From the human T2T-CHM13v2.0 reference genome, Homo sapiens, in NCBI RefSeq assembly GCF_009914755.1, contig NC_060947.1: a stretch of 64,000 nt of DNA. One strand, 5' to 3'. The notes beneath the pieces are model-generated. The model was not told the DNA's origin. It did no database searches and saw only the letters and a program-made list of their open reading frames with translations. Positions 1 to 22,221 of the stretch are shown here, piece by piece. The stretch's first letter is position 1, and every line of letters starts with the position of its first letter. The position numbers and the translations under genes are program-made.

Positions 1-1370
1 ACAGAATTTCTTTTACAAGATTAATTTTTCACAAACCTTCCACAACTTGCTCAAATCTTCAGCTTTTTCCTACCTAACTTAAAACAATCCTTTAACCTTC
101 TAAAAAAAATCCACATTCTCATGCCTTCTTTTAATCTTTTACCAAAAACACATTTCACTTTCCTTACACACCTTGCTTGTAAAACTGTTTTTATTTCCCC
201 AAAATTACTAAAGTAATGTGAACTAAAAGGCATTATGCTTTTTATTTTTCTGATAAAATATTTAAGCACTATTTTTAAGCCAATTAATCAAAGCTCTTTC
301 ATAAACATCACACACACAACACATATAAATACACAGACAGAAGAATAACCAGTAGTTGTTAAGATTTTTCATTTGCCAGTTTCTTAAGTTTCTTTTAAAA
401 GATGCAGTTTGTAGGGCCTATTAAGCAGGCACAGCTGAAAGGCAAAAACAGATTCCCCAAAATTAAGGTCCCATTTTTATACCAGATCCTGGATCCCAAA
501 AAGAGGGAATTAGCCCATCTCCCATGGGACCCTTATCTCTCAGTGGGGGAATATCTCCATACCTTCCAGGTGGCCAGGAGCATGCTTTTCTAATCCAAAC
601 ATGCAAAGAGCCACATATTGCCTCATGACTGCCATTAGCCATCCATAAAAGTATATTTCCTACCTTGTTATTACACAGCAAAGCTCTCTTATAATGTGAA
701 GTAATTTCTGATACCTCAAAAAGTAAAAAACGTCAGATAATGCAATGCAAAACAGAACAGAACCTTAGATTTGGAAAGGGATCTATCTGCTTTCAATTCC
801 TTGGGTTTTACAAAGAAAACAGAGGAGGTTTTTTCCCAAAACAGGGTCTGTGGCACCTCCTCTGTTTTTCCTCAAGAAGTCCAGGCTATTAGAGCTTGAA
901 TATCCGCTTTTAATTAAGCTGACTTTTAACCATAATGCTCTTTTTAAAAAGTTCTTTTAAATTTCTTATTACCCAACTTTAGCCAGGCCAAATGACCAAT
1001 ATTTCTGGCTCAGAGAAAGGAAAATTCAAGACAGTTCTTGGAGGAGAAGAGAATTAAAAAATGGTAAATCTTACCCAGATATCAATCAGAAAGGACTCAT
1101 TCCCTAAGCCAGGAATTGAATCCGGGCAGCCATTATAATACGGCAAAACCTTAGCTGCCGAGCTATAGCACTGGGCAGTTTCCACTCCTCTTCTCAGAAG
1201 GAGCCTAGGACAGCCAATTTTGAGCTTGCAAAAGTTTTTAACTGCTCGAGATAATGTTTAGGGCTAACTGATATGAACCCCAAAATTCCTGTTCCCTGGA
1301 TGGCAGAGACCGAGAGAAGGTACTGCCACGTGTTACAAAGTCAAGCTCTCAAGGACATTTTTCAACATGT
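1..1370 (-). mobile_element. Degenerate ERV1 (MER4-group-like) internal sequence
   Basis: AT-rich sequence resembling MER4-group internal regions from memory, including an embedded tRNA-Glu-like segment at ~1100-1170. No intact ORF. Confidence 0.45.
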
Positions 1371-1377
1371 AGTCTCG

Positions 1378-2330
1378 GCATAAGCTGAAAGCATTCCCCT
1401 TGAGAATTGCAATGAGACAAGAATGCCCTCTCCCACCACTGCTATTCAACATAGCACTGGAAGTCCTCGCCAGAGCAATCAGGCAAGAGAAGTAAATAAA
1501 AGCATCCAAATAGGAAGAGAGGAAGTCAAACTATCTCTCTTCGCAAATGATATAATTTTAAACCAAGGAAACTCCGTAGTCTCTGCCCAAAGGCTCCTAG
1601 ATCTGACAAACTACTTCAGCAAAGTTTCAGGATACAATAATCAGTAGTATTTCTAGACATCAATAACATCCAAGCTGAAAGCCCAGTGAAGAATGCAATC
1701 CCATTCACAATTGCCACAAAATGAAGAAAATGCCTATAGGGATACAGCTAACCAGGGAGGTGAAAGATCTCTACAAGGAAAATTACAAAACATTGCTCAA
1801 AGATATCAGAGATGACACAAACAAATGGAGAGACATTCCATCCTCATGAATGGGAAGAATCAATATCATTAAAATGACCATACTGCCCAAAGCAATTTGC
1901 AGATTCAATGCTATTACTATCAAACTACTAATGTCATTTTTCTCAGAATTAGAAAAAAAGCAAAACGAACAAAGCCAGAGGTATCACACTACCCGACTTC
2001 AAACTCTACTACATTTACAAAACCATATGGTACTGATACAAAACAGGCACTTAGACGAATGGAACAGGATAGGGATCCCAGAAATAAAGTGGCACACTTA
2101 CAACCATCTCATCTTCAACAAAGTTGAGAAAAACAGCAATGAGGAAAGGAACCCCTATTCAGTAAATCATGCAGGAATAATTGGCTAGCCATATGCAGAA
2201 GACTGAAACAGGATCCATTTCTTTCACCATATACAAAAACCAACTCAAGAGGAATTAAAACTTAAATGTAAGACTTAAGCTATAAAAATTGTAGAATAAA
2301 ATCTGGGAAATAACATTCTAGACACAGGCA
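1378..2330 (+). mobile_element. Older L1 (L1PA13-16-like) ORF2 fragment, 5' part
   Basis: Degenerate ORF2 RT peptides ([19 protein letters not shown]; GRINIIKMTILPKAICRFNAI) with stops, frameshifts and a small internal deletion. Confidence 0.85.
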
Positions 2331-5507
<3,177 letters not shown>

Positions 5508-5544
5508 ATGCAATTCTTATAATATTCAATTTAAAAAAAAAACA

Positions 5545-6105
5545 AACTATCCTTTGACCCAGCAACCTCATTACTGGGTATATATCCAAAGAAATATAAA
5601 TTGTTCTATGATAAAGACACCTGCACGTGTATGTTCTCTGCAGTGCTATTCAGTATAGCAAAGACACAGAATCAACCTAAATGCCCATCAATTGTAGACT
5701 GGATAAATAAAACATGGTACATATACACCATGGAATACTATACAGCCATAAAATGAATAAAATCTGTTCTTTGTAGCAACATGAATGGACTGGATGCTGT
5801 TATCCGAAGTGAATTGATGTGGGAAGGTAAAAGCAAATACCACATGTTCTCACTTATAAGTGGGAGGTAAACACTGAGTACACATGGACATAAAAAAGGG
5901 GACAATAGACACTGGGACCTACTTGAGAGTGGAGGGTAGAAGGAGGGTGACAAGTGAGAAACTACCTACTGAGTACTATGCTCATTACCTGCGTTACAAA
6001 ACAATCTGTACACCAAACTGCCATGACACCCAATTTACCCATGTAACAAACCTGCACATGTACCCCCTGAACTTAAAAGTTCGAAAGCAAAAACAAAACA
6101 AAACA
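5545..6105 (+). mobile_element. 3' end of the older L1 (L1PA13-16-like)
   Basis: End of ORF2 plus an older-type 3'UTR (aactacctactgagtactatgc...acctgcacatgtaccccctgaacttaaaag) and an A-rich tail. Confidence 0.85.
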
Positions 6106-6119
6106 CACAAAAACCACAA

Positions 6120-6755
6120 TAGCCCAGGACGCTAGAATCACAGGATGTTTTGTTCCCTTATAGAAACTAAAGATAACATCTTCACATATGTCTCTAAGTT
6201 GTTTTTCAGAAACTTGGACCCCCACCAAATGGATGCTGTGGCATGCAAACCTCAGAAAAGGTAGAGCTGTGGACTGAACTCTGACCACCCCTCTTTGTTC
6301 CAAATTTCTTCATGAGGGGCCTGGAGAAAGTTACAGCCCACCCACGAGCCAGAGCTAGCATTCTTTTCTGCTGACCCCAAAATTTTAAACAAAGTTTCTC
6401 AACCAACTGCAAATCAGAAAATCTCTGTATCTATTTACAGCCTTTAAGCCCTCACTTCAAGATATCCCCCTCACTTCAAGATATCCCATCCTTTTAGGCC
6501 AAAACCAACGTGTAACCTCCATGTATATTGATTTATGAATTGGCCTGTAACTTTTGCTTTCGTGAAATTTACTCCTGCCTTTAAAAGCCCTTACCTGCAA
6601 GCCGCTGGAGAGGCCTGGATTTGAGCATTAGCTGCCTGATCCTCCTTGCTTAGTGCCCTGCAAATAAGCACCTTCATTTCTACCACTGCAAACCTTGGTG
6701 TGGATATCTGGTTTTACTGTGCCAGGTGAGCGGACCCCAGTTCAGTTTGATAACA
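6120..6755 (+). mobile_element. ERV1-class LTR (family uncertain)
   Basis: TATA-like and AATAA-like motifs and a typical LTR terminus (...gcggaccccagttcagtttgataaca). Confidence 0.55.
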
Positions 6756-7512
6756 AAAGGATAAACTTTTCAATAAATTGTATGGAAACCTGTATATCCA
6801 CATGCAAAAAAGAGAAATTAGACCCTTCTCTTACACCATACACAATAGTGAATTCAAAATGGATTAAAGACTTAAATGTAAGCCCTGATACCACAAAATT
6901 CCTAAAATAAAACCCAAGGGGAAAGCTCCTTGACATTGATCTTGACAATTATAGTTTGAATATGACACCAAAAGCTCAGGCAACAAAAGCAAAAATAAAT
7001 AAGCGGGACTACATCAAACCAAAAAGCTTCTGCACAGCAAAGGAAACAACAAAATGAAAAGGCAGACTACAGAATTGAAGAAAATATTTGTAAGCCATGT
7101 ATCAGATAAGGAGTTACTATCTAAAATATATAAGGAGCTCATATAACTCAATAGCAAAAACCAAATAACCCAATTATAAAATGTACAAAGGACCCAATAG
7201 ACATTTTTTCATAGAAGACATACAAATGGCCAACAGGCACATGAAAGGGTGCTCAGCATCACTGATCATCAGGGAAATGCCAATCATAAACACTGTGAGG
7301 TATCACTTACATCTGTTAGGATAGCTATTATCAAAATGTCAAAAGACAACATGTGTTGGTAAGGATGTGGAGAAAAGGAAACTCCTGTACACTGTTGATG
7401 GGGATGTAGCTTGGTGCAGCCATTAGGAAATAAGTATGGAGGTTCCTCAGAAAATTAGAAATATAATGGCCATATGACCCAACAATCCAACTTCTGGGTA
7501 TATATCCAGAGG
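6756..7512 (+). mobile_element. L1M-type ORF2 3' fragment
   Basis: [21 protein letters not shown] peptide and downstream L1 3' ORF2 sequence. Confidence 0.85.
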
Positions 7513-7534
7513 GATTTATTTTTATGTATTAGTT

Positions 7535-8979
<1,445 letters not shown>

Positions 8980-9360
8980 TTAAAGCTGTGTCAAAGATGA
9001 AAGCCAATTAAAAAAATTAAACCGTGAGTTTTGTATTTTTGTGTTTATGCCTGAGTCCTGGCTGAAAATTTAGAAATAAAGCCATAAGATCTGTATTTGT
9101 ATCTGTGTGTATGTTTATGTATACATGTATGTATGTATATGTGTATGTTATGTATATGTGATATTTTCCTGACTATAGATGGTATTACCAAACAAACTTA
9201 TAAATCCTTTAAAGGAGCTCCATTCTAGGTATCCTGGAGATAAATAAGCACTTATATAAATTAAACTAAAACTCTCAAGAATTTAGAAACTAACCCAAAT
9301 GCTTTAAAAACTCAACATCACATCATTTAGTAAATCTTTGATAAAGAAGAGTTAGCTTAA

Positions 9361-9600
9361 GGCCAGACCCAGTGGGTCATGCATGTAATCCTAGCACTTT
9401 GAGAGGCCAAAACAGGAAGGTTACTTGAGGCCAGGAGTTCGAGACCAGCCTTAGCAACATAGCGATACCCTGTTTCTACCAAAAATTTAAAAAGTAGCTG
9501 GACATGGTGTTATGCACCTGTAGTCCTAGCTGCTCAGAAGGCTGAGGTGGGAGGATTGCTGGAACCCAGCCTGGATGACAGAGAGAAACTCCGTCTCTAA
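9361..9600 (+). mobile_element. Alu (AluJ-like), internally deleted
   Basis: Alu consensus similarity. Confidence 0.85.
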
Positions 9601-10059
9601 ATAGATGTAGATATAGTTGTAAATAGATATCTGCTTTAATAAAAACAGCTATGTCTCTGAGTTATCAGCATTAAGCATAATACAAACATACATATTTATA
9701 TTACCTGGGTATGTTCTTACTAAGCTTATATAGGCTTCCTAGTCAAAAAGTTAACACTGTATCTGTTAGATATTTAAGATTTCACAGAATATAAATTTGA
9801 GTTTAATCGAGTCATTATTCTGATGATAACTTTTATTTCAACAATATTTATAATATGGTTAAAAACAGTTTCCAATTTTTAGGGGATAACTTACAACCTT
9901 ATGCTATGCTAAATTAAGTAATAGATATTCATTAAATGGCTAGATTATTTCTAAGTAAAAATACTGAAATATTAATTACTATGCATAAATTTATATTTGT
10001 ATTTATATTATTTTTCCTTCTGGTCTTTATATGGTACAGAGAGGCTAAATATTTTTTGG

Positions 10060-10361
10060 AGCTGGGTGCGGTGGCTCATGCTTGTAATCCCAGAACTTTG
10101 GGAGGCTAAGACAGGAAGATTCCTTGAGGCCAGGAGTTTGATACCAGCCTAGGAAACATAGAGAGACACCATTTCTACCAAAAAAAAGGAAAAATATCTG
10201 GGCCTAGTGACTTGGGCCTGTGTTCCTAGCCACTCAGGAGGCTGAGGCAGGAGGATAGGTTGAGCCCAAAAGGTCAAGGCTGCAGTGAGCTGTAACTGTA
10301 TCCCTGTACTCCAGCCTGGGCAACAGAGTGAAACCCTGTCTCGAAAAAAAAAAAAAAAAAA
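10060..10361 (+). mobile_element. Alu (AluJ-like)
   Basis: Full dimer with poly(A). Confidence 0.9.
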
Positions 10362-10384
10362 GACTATGATACTGACATCAATGA

Positions 10385-10780
10385 AATAGAATTTAGAGTC
10401 TATAAATAAAACCGTATATATATTGTCAAGTGAACTTTTGACAAGGACACCAAAACCATTCTATGGGAAAAAAAAATCTTGTCAACAAATGGTGCTAAGA
10501 CAACTGTATTTCCACTTGTAAAACAGTTAATTCAGACCCCCACCTCACATCCTATATAAACTCAAAATGAACTAAACACCTAAATCGAAGGGCTCAAACT
10601 ACAGCCCTCTTAGAAGAAAACATAGATGTTGATCTTCATGAACTTGGATTAGGCAATGGTTTCTTAGATATGACACCACAAGCAACCAAAGGAAAGAATA
10701 GATAAATTGGACTTCATACAAAACAAAAACAAAAACAAAAACAAAAACGTTCGTGCATCTAAGGACACTATCAAGAAAGG
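10385..10780 (+). mobile_element. L1M ORF2 3' fragment
   Basis: Similarity to L1 (tttgacaagg...caacaaatggtgct...gacttcat...aaggacactatcaagaaag). Confidence 0.7.
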
Positions 10781-11956
10781 GGAGGAAAGGGTTGCAGGTC
10801 TTCTGCCCTCTGGGCAAGCTCAGTGCATATGCTGATGACAGCAGCCAGTGGGGAATGATGACTGATATCCTTTCTACTGCTTTGGGCTTGGAGGAATGGC
10901 TCTTCCTTGCTCAGCCTGGGATGAGCTACACTTTTACCACAGGTCTCAGTGGGTGCAACATGAGTATCAAAGGAGCCACAGTCCCCCCACTTCCCACAGA
11001 GGGAGAGAGCCATGGAGTATTTCCTCCTCGGGACTGGGTGTAGTGAAGTTCCAGTTCTTAGGAGCTTATATGTATTATTTTCCATGTGCAAACCGTGGAG
11101 CCATACCACTATACCAAGTTCTTACCACCTACTCACTTCTGTTATATCACTATCCACTGGGTCCCTTATTTCTGTCAGCTGCTTTTGTTACCTTTCCCCA
11201 GGTGCCACCATGTAAGCTGTGATAGCACTGCAGATAGAACAGAAAATGTTTCTGTGAGCATAAGTATGTCCAGTCTTGCTGGTCTATCACCATGTGGTAT
11301 CTCCAGGAGAGACTGATACATACTGTGGACAATTATGGTAATAAATATGGATACAAAATTCCTCTGTGTTTTAGGATAAATTTTGTTACTGAACACTCAA
11401 TTGCATATGCACCTTGTCCACTGAATCCAAATTAACTCCTCGAGCCTAGTTGTGCAATATCCCATTGTTCTAGCATTCTACATTACAATGCAATTTTTGT
11501 TATTAATAGCAGATTTGGGATGAGGTTATCACCTCACTTGGTGATAACCCAATATACATCTCAGAAAAATGTCCAGTGAACCAGGTCTACACAACTTTCC
11601 CATTGACAAACCTGGCACTTAATTGTGTCCACTTGTTATTTGTAAAGCCAGGGAGCAAAAGTAAGCCACCAATATGAACATCCCTAGCTCTACAGAAATG
11701 GAACTTAGGGAAATTATAAATCCACTAGGGTCACCTTCCCTCTCAAGTCAAAATTTCAAGTGCACCGAATACCCCTACCACCTAGTTTCTAGGATTAAAA
11801 GAGATCACTTAAAATGTCTCAAGAACAAGAACTCCAGACCCATTTCTTTGTGGGTTTGGAGTAGACTTGTTCTGGTTAGGATGTAGGTCATGACAGAGCA
11901 TTAATCTCATTGTAACAACTATAAAAAAATCAGTTGGTCAAAAATCTCATATATAT

Positions 11957-12237
11957 TGAGACAGTGTCTCACTCTGTCACCTCAGCTGTAGTGAAGTGGT
12001 ACAGTCTCAGCTCACTACAACCTCCGTCTCCCTGGCTCAGAGGATCTTCCCACCTCAGCCTCCTGAGAAGTGGGACTACAGGTGCACGCCACCATGCTTG
12101 GCTAATTTTTGGGTTTTTGTAGTGACGGGTTTTTGCCATGCTGCCCAGGCTGGTCTCAAACTCCTGGACTCAAGTGATCCGGCCGCCTTGGCCTCCCAAA
12201 GTGCTGGCATTACAGGCATGAGCCACCGTGCCCTGCC
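11957..12237 (-). mobile_element. Alu (AluJ-like)
   Basis: Antisense Alu consensus. Confidence 0.9.
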
Positions 12238-13009
12238 TGAAGTCTAAAGTAACTAAATTTCAGAGAGAGACAAACACATATCAATGGCCATTGTCCTCTC
12301 CGGTAAGAATGGTCTTACAAGGCAGAGGATTGTGCCGGCCATAGGTGCAATAATTGCTGGGATAAAGACAGTTAATGACTGTGTGGCCTGGGTAGACACA
12401 TTGGAATCTGTAGGAGCCCCAAATGCATAGCTAGTTCTCCCCATCAGTGGATTCTCCTAATGAGTCTTTTTTTTTTCTGAGTGCGTGGTGACAGAAGTAA
12501 TATGGCAGGCTGGGGTGAGACAGAGAGAGAGAGAGAGAGAGAGAGAATCAATCTTGTATTTAGGCCCCAAAGTTCTGCTTGACTCTAGCAACTGGAGGAA
12601 GCAGCCTTTAACACAAATCCTACCTTCAGGGTGTTTGAAATCTAATACTAATACTAACTAAAGATGTATGCAAGCCATGGTACAGCTCGAATTCTGATTG
12701 GATTGAAGTTATATACCTCAGGGAAACTATAGTACCTAACCAAGGAAAGAGTGTACTCTAATCCCTATGGTTCTTTGAAGCACAATGCCTGACATGCAAC
12801 TTTTAAAAACCCAGAACATGTGAAGTAACAGGGAAATGTGACCCATGATCAACAGTAATTGGCATCTCATCACTTCTCTCATGTTCCATTTTCCAAAGCA
12901 AGTCTCTAGGCCAGCCTAGATTCCAGAGGTAGGGAAACTGACTCTAACTTGTGATAGAAGGAGTTTTGAAATCATATTACAAATGGAGAACCAGGGACAT
13001 TAAAAAATC

Positions 13010-14323
<1,314 letters not shown>

Positions 14324-14869
14324 AATCTACTACAAGAGTTCACAGGCAAGTCCCTCACCTACACTTTGCATGGAATGTCACATGTGGTCTGCTTCTGCCC
14401 CTCGTACCCTTACTCTCTTACTCTTCCTGTTGTTCCTATTGGTGGCTGGGGAAGTGACGTGAGGGCAGTGGTGCCTGTGCAGCAGTGCTCAAGGATGCAT
14501 CAAGGGTTCACTCTCAGGAAACTCCCAAAGCTGCTGGCCAGATGGGTAGCCAGTCCTAGACATGGCAGAGACTGGCTGAGTTTCCCAAATGCCTCTCTTG
14601 ACCAAGGCCTGCAGAAACAGAAAGTCATATTTTCACATTGGCCAATCCTTGCATTCCTCAGGAAAATGGTTCCAATGTTCCCACTCACATCCTGCTTTTT
14701 CTCAGAGCTCAGACCTGGGACCACTGAGCTGGCTGCAACAACCAGCCTCCAATACCCACACCATTCTTGGCCACACCACCCTTTTTCATTCCTGTGCCCT
14801 TGTGGTTATTTACTGAAGGCTTACCGTGTGTCTAATAGAAGGTAAAGCTCCATGACTCCCCTGCAAGAA

Positions 14870-15000
14870 AAATGTTCTTATTGCTCATTTACAGATGAGA
14901 AACAGAGATGTTCAGTGGTTTGTGCAAAGCCACCCAGCTGCTAGGTGAAGCCAGCTTTGCCTGCTTCCAAAGGCCGTACACACTCTTTCCAATGCAATGG
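14870..15000. mobile_element. MIR fragment
   Basis: catttacagatgagaaacagag core motif. Confidence 0.55.
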
Positions 15001-16067
15001 CTTCCTAGGTGGTGAAGGCTGGCTTTGTAGCCTAAGAACTATGATGAGGCTCTTGAGTCAGGAACAGCTAGCCTCTTCCTGTTGTGGAGATTCCTGGAAT
15101 GAGGAGGTAGGCCTGTGAATGTAGTGATTTGGGGGACCTAGTCTGGAGTCCTAGTACCTGGCTGTCCACCAACTCCCAGCTTCCAGATGCTGCCCCTAAG
15201 CATAAGCTTCCTCTCTGCCAGTTTCCAATCCCCTTTCTCTCTCAACACTTCCACTAGGCCATTTTGATGGTTGGGCCTGTTGCCCCCGGAGGCACATCAA
15301 GCCCTTACCGCGCAGGTCCCAATCCCAGGGCAACATGGATGCCTCCCCCTGTTTAGCTATTTGCCTCCCACAGAGACTCTGAGATTTTTCTCCCTCATCT
15401 ATCTGAGGCTTCTGGGAGAAGTTGGAAGCCCACGTGCCCTTAGTACAGCTGGCCTGAGATATCCCTGCCCTGTGCAGTCCCAGATGGGCTGCTGGGGCGC
15501 GATCTTCCACCTTCCCATTCCAGGGCCTCAAGGCGGCCTCCAGAGTGGGCTCCACAGCCTGAAGGTGGCATTTCCCCGTGGGTGGTTGCAGTGTCTGCAG
15601 ACAGTGAGCAGGCACCAGCGGGACCCCAGAGTGGCTGAGGGCACACTGGGCAGGAGCCAGATCGCTGTCCCCCCAGGCAGTAGGTGCGACAGCGGGTTGT
15701 GGTCTGGAGCCTGAGGAGAGGGGAGGAGGGTCTCCTTGCTGCAGGAGTCTGGGTGGGGTGAGCTCCTGGCTGCAGGGCACCTCTGGCTACAGAAGGGGAC
15801 GATGGGAGAGAGAGGGGCTCTGGCTGTGGGGGAAGGGGACTCCTGGCTGCTGATGTGGGAGGCGTGGGAGGGGGTTGCCAGGTTGCAGGGAGGATGGCAT
15901 TAGGGAGAGGGCTCCTGGTCAAGTGCTGGGAAAAAGAGGAGGTGGGCACATCCAGCTGCAGGGTTGCACATGATGGTTGGAGGGGCTCCAGCTGTAAGTT
16001 TTGTGATCAGGGGCTGTTCACCAGGTGAAAGAGGCGCTTCCTGCTGTGGAGGTGGGGGGTGCAGTGA

Positions 16068-18060
<1,993 letters not shown>

Positions 18061-19342
18061 GCTCAGAGGGCCCCAGGGCCTCCTCTCCTCTCAGGCCGCA
18101 GCATCCTGGAGGCAGTGGGGAGGCCAGGCCAGGGCTGGTCCCTCATCCCACATCAGGATCGGGGCCCCCCACCTCCCTCCAAAGGGCCCTGGCCACCACC
18201 ATCAGCCCTTCCCGGTGACCCAGATGACCACGTTGATACCAAATGGGGTTGGGGGAGGCACCCCTGCTTTGCACCCAGTGCTGCACCCAGCCCCAGCCCC
18301 AAACCCTGCCGTCTCTGGGGGGCTGGCCAGGAGGGAGCCCTGAGTGGCCAGCTGCGACCTGGGTGGGGGCACCTGAAGATGTCTGTCCCCCACCCCTTGT
18401 CCTGGGTTGGGAGAGACAGGGGAAAGAGGTCCTCTCAAGGGTGCCAGCTGCCTGGGTCTCCCAAGAGGGTTGCCCCATTTGCCGTCCCCGGGGCAGGCTG
18501 CCCCCTGTTCTGGGAAGCCCACCCTCACCTGTTTAGGCCCCGTAGTGACCCACGCGCCCAGCAGACGCCCACCCACTGCTAGCTGTCGTTCCTGTGCAAA
18601 GTTGTGTGTTGTGCACCCACCCGGGCGGCCGCCACTAGGCCCGGGGCATGTGCTGTGAGCTTCCTGTGAGCCCAGGTTCTGCTCACTGCTGTCTGTCCTG
18701 CATCTTAAACACCACCTCTGCTTTCCTGGTGTAGATCTAGGCCAGTGGCTGCTTGTTCTCGTGGAGCTGTGTGTGTTCTTCTCTGAGCTGCTCCTCCCCG
18801 GAGGCCCCCAGCACAGACCCAGGAGATGGCCGGAAGGAGGAACCAGGGCGCGGCCAATGCTCACCCTGTGACCACGATGGTAACCATGACTGTGGGAGGA
18901 AGAGCCGGACCCGGGACGGAGTGGGGCTGCCCTGCCTGAGGCTCCCAGGAGAGCTTTATGCTTTGGCATTCCACCCCTGTTGTTACTTGTGACTGTTTCC
19001 TCGCCCTGGTGGGCTGTTCCCTGCTGTGTTTACTGGTGTCCTGTGACTGTCTGTGATGACTATAGGGCAGGGCCCTGCCCCAGCAGATGGGCTTGGGAGG
19101 GGGCTCCCTGAAGCCGGTGGACACTGCCAGAGTCCACCGTCCTGGCAAGAGGCGGGCCCTGGGGCCCTCGGGAAGGAGGGAGGTGGCAGTGGGGTCGGCA
19201 GCAGGACGGGGGTAGACGAGGCGCCTTGCCAGGAACCCCAGGAGGAGGGATCCTAGGACCTGTGTCCTGTAGTGGCTGTTTGCAGTTTCTCTCTGTGTTG
19301 TGGTTCCCTTCTTTTCAGTGATTTCGGTACACGTTTCTCTTC

Positions 19343-19348
19343 AATAAA
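19343..19348 (+). terminator. Poly(A) signal of the PNMA6-like pseudogene 3'UTR
   Basis: AATAAA in the same context as PNMA3 47965-47970. Confidence 0.65.
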
Positions 19349-19889
19349 TTTCATTCCATTTTCCAGCCGGTCTCGCCTCTGCTGTGGGAAACTAGTGGGA
19401 AAGGTCTCTTTGGGATAAAATGGAAGTTGGGGGACAACAGTGGCCTGGAATTCTGACCCTATTGTGCTCACTGGGATACGGTCAGGGCATAGTAGGCCAG
19501 CGATTGTAGAGAATGACCTAACTGTGATGGTGGTTCCAACCCAGAGTCAGTGGCTTATGAGGATGAGGAAAGAAACCAAGCTGAACATGCTGGATGGTGC
19601 CAGTTGACGGAACACTGCCGTGCGAGGGCAATGTGTGGCTTGCTCCCCAGGGCATGCATGGAGGCTCCCAGAACGAAGTGCATAAGACGTGGAAGGGCAG
19701 GCAGGGGACAGCAGGCTGGGGCGGAGGCCTGGGTTGAAGCTCTAGCATAGACATCTTTTTAACTGTTCCTCAGTTCCTCATGTTTATCCTGTGTGTGGAG
19801 CTTTCACCATCTCTTTGGAAAGACAGAAGAGATGGATAAGGAAAAGGAGTAGAACAGAGCGGCACCCCTTGCCTTCCCCAGAGTCTGGG

Positions 19890-20715
<826 letters not shown>

Positions 20716-22221
20716 GGGGGTGGCGTCATCCTGACATCCTGCAGGGCAGTGGAGCCTTACTTTCCCTAGCCCCAGAGATCATGAAGTCTCTCTTTGTTTA
20801 AAGGTAGAAACCAAGGACAAGAGATTGGTGGGAATTGCTCTGGTTACAAAATTGCAGAACCAGACTTCTTAATTCTGGGACCTGTGCTGCTTTCATTACA
20901 CTCTACCGCTTCCAGTTTGTGATGTGCTCCTTCTGTCAACAGTTAGCAAGCCTGCTGGCTCTGTTGCTCTGGCATGAGTCCAAAGGTGAAGGATGGGGGG
21001 CTGATGCATTTTGATACTCAAAATGTCTCCTAAACTGTCCAGTATGGTATACCATCTCCTGCCTCCTTGATGCTTGTGATGGCACCCCAAACAGTATATT
21101 TGGAAATCTAACATTCTTACTCCTGCCTGGACAGGCCCTCAGTATCATTCAACGAAAGCTCAATTATTACACAGGGAGTGACAGCACAGTCGTGACTTTC
21201 CCGTTGTCATTTTTTTTTTTTTTTGACACAGTCTTGCTCTGTTGCCCAGTCTGGTCTATGTCCACAGTATCTTCCTGGTCTGCTTATACGAAGTCAAGCA
21301 ATTTCTGTGCTGGCATGGGTTCCAAGCACCTGAGAAAGCCCAATGTCATCTCTTTTCACAGTGGTTTTGTCTTTTGGCCGTACTTTATATTCCTTCTAGC
21401 ATATAACCCCTTCCTGACTGAAGGCCAGGCAGAGCACGGGCCACTTTAAAGTTTAACTTTCAAGTAACTAAGATCCTCCCTTTCCCAGAGCAGCAGCAGT
21501 GCTTGGAGAAGCACCTGCCTCAGTCTTTATTCTCCCTAGAAACTGACCTTTCCTTTTCCCATTGTAACTTACCTCTGAGCAAGTTGGCAAAAAAGCCTGC
21601 ATGCTCCCTTCTTTGCTGCATGAAGGAAATTCAAACCATGCAATTTCCTGTCTCCATGTGGGAATTCTCATCTTGGCCCCCCACTTCTAACCTCAGTGAA
21701 AACCTAGGCCACTCTCCTTCCTTTGCTTCCAGAAGCCATTTTGGAATTGCTGGAGATGACTGCTCCCCTCTCCTGAAAACCCTCAATTACATAAGTAGTG
21801 AAACTTTTCTTGTCCTCTTGGTGTGTATGTGGTGTCATCAGTCTTAACATCCTAGCCGATTTTTGAGTGGGGATCTATCTGCCTCTGAAGGTGACCTTAA
21901 AAACAATTTTGCAGGAGGCATAATGGAGGTTAGAGCCACTTTAAAGACCTCTAGGATGTATTAACAGGTATGGTGGTCCCCATCATATCTCCATTTTATC
22001 CGCCAGTTCTGTCCCCTGTAGAAATTGGATGAATTCTGGAGAATGAGTGTACACTACCTCATGCTTTATCAAGTAGTAATCCCAGTTGCAGATGCTGTGT
22101 ACCAGACACAGTATCATTGCTCAAATAGATTTATAAGGCCTTAGGTGCATAGTATGTGGCCATTGGTTTGATGAAGGCATTCCTTTCCATTTCAGCTGGT
22201 CAAGGAAAGAGGATAAGAAGC

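Noticed and set aside
1099-1172. Functional tRNA gene
   Set aside because: Stems and anticodon arm are degenerate; kept only as a relic.
10790-11930. Possible ERV env remnant on the minus strand
   Set aside because: Only vague Cys/Trp-rich fragments; no furin site or immunosuppressive domain recognised. An HMM search is needed.
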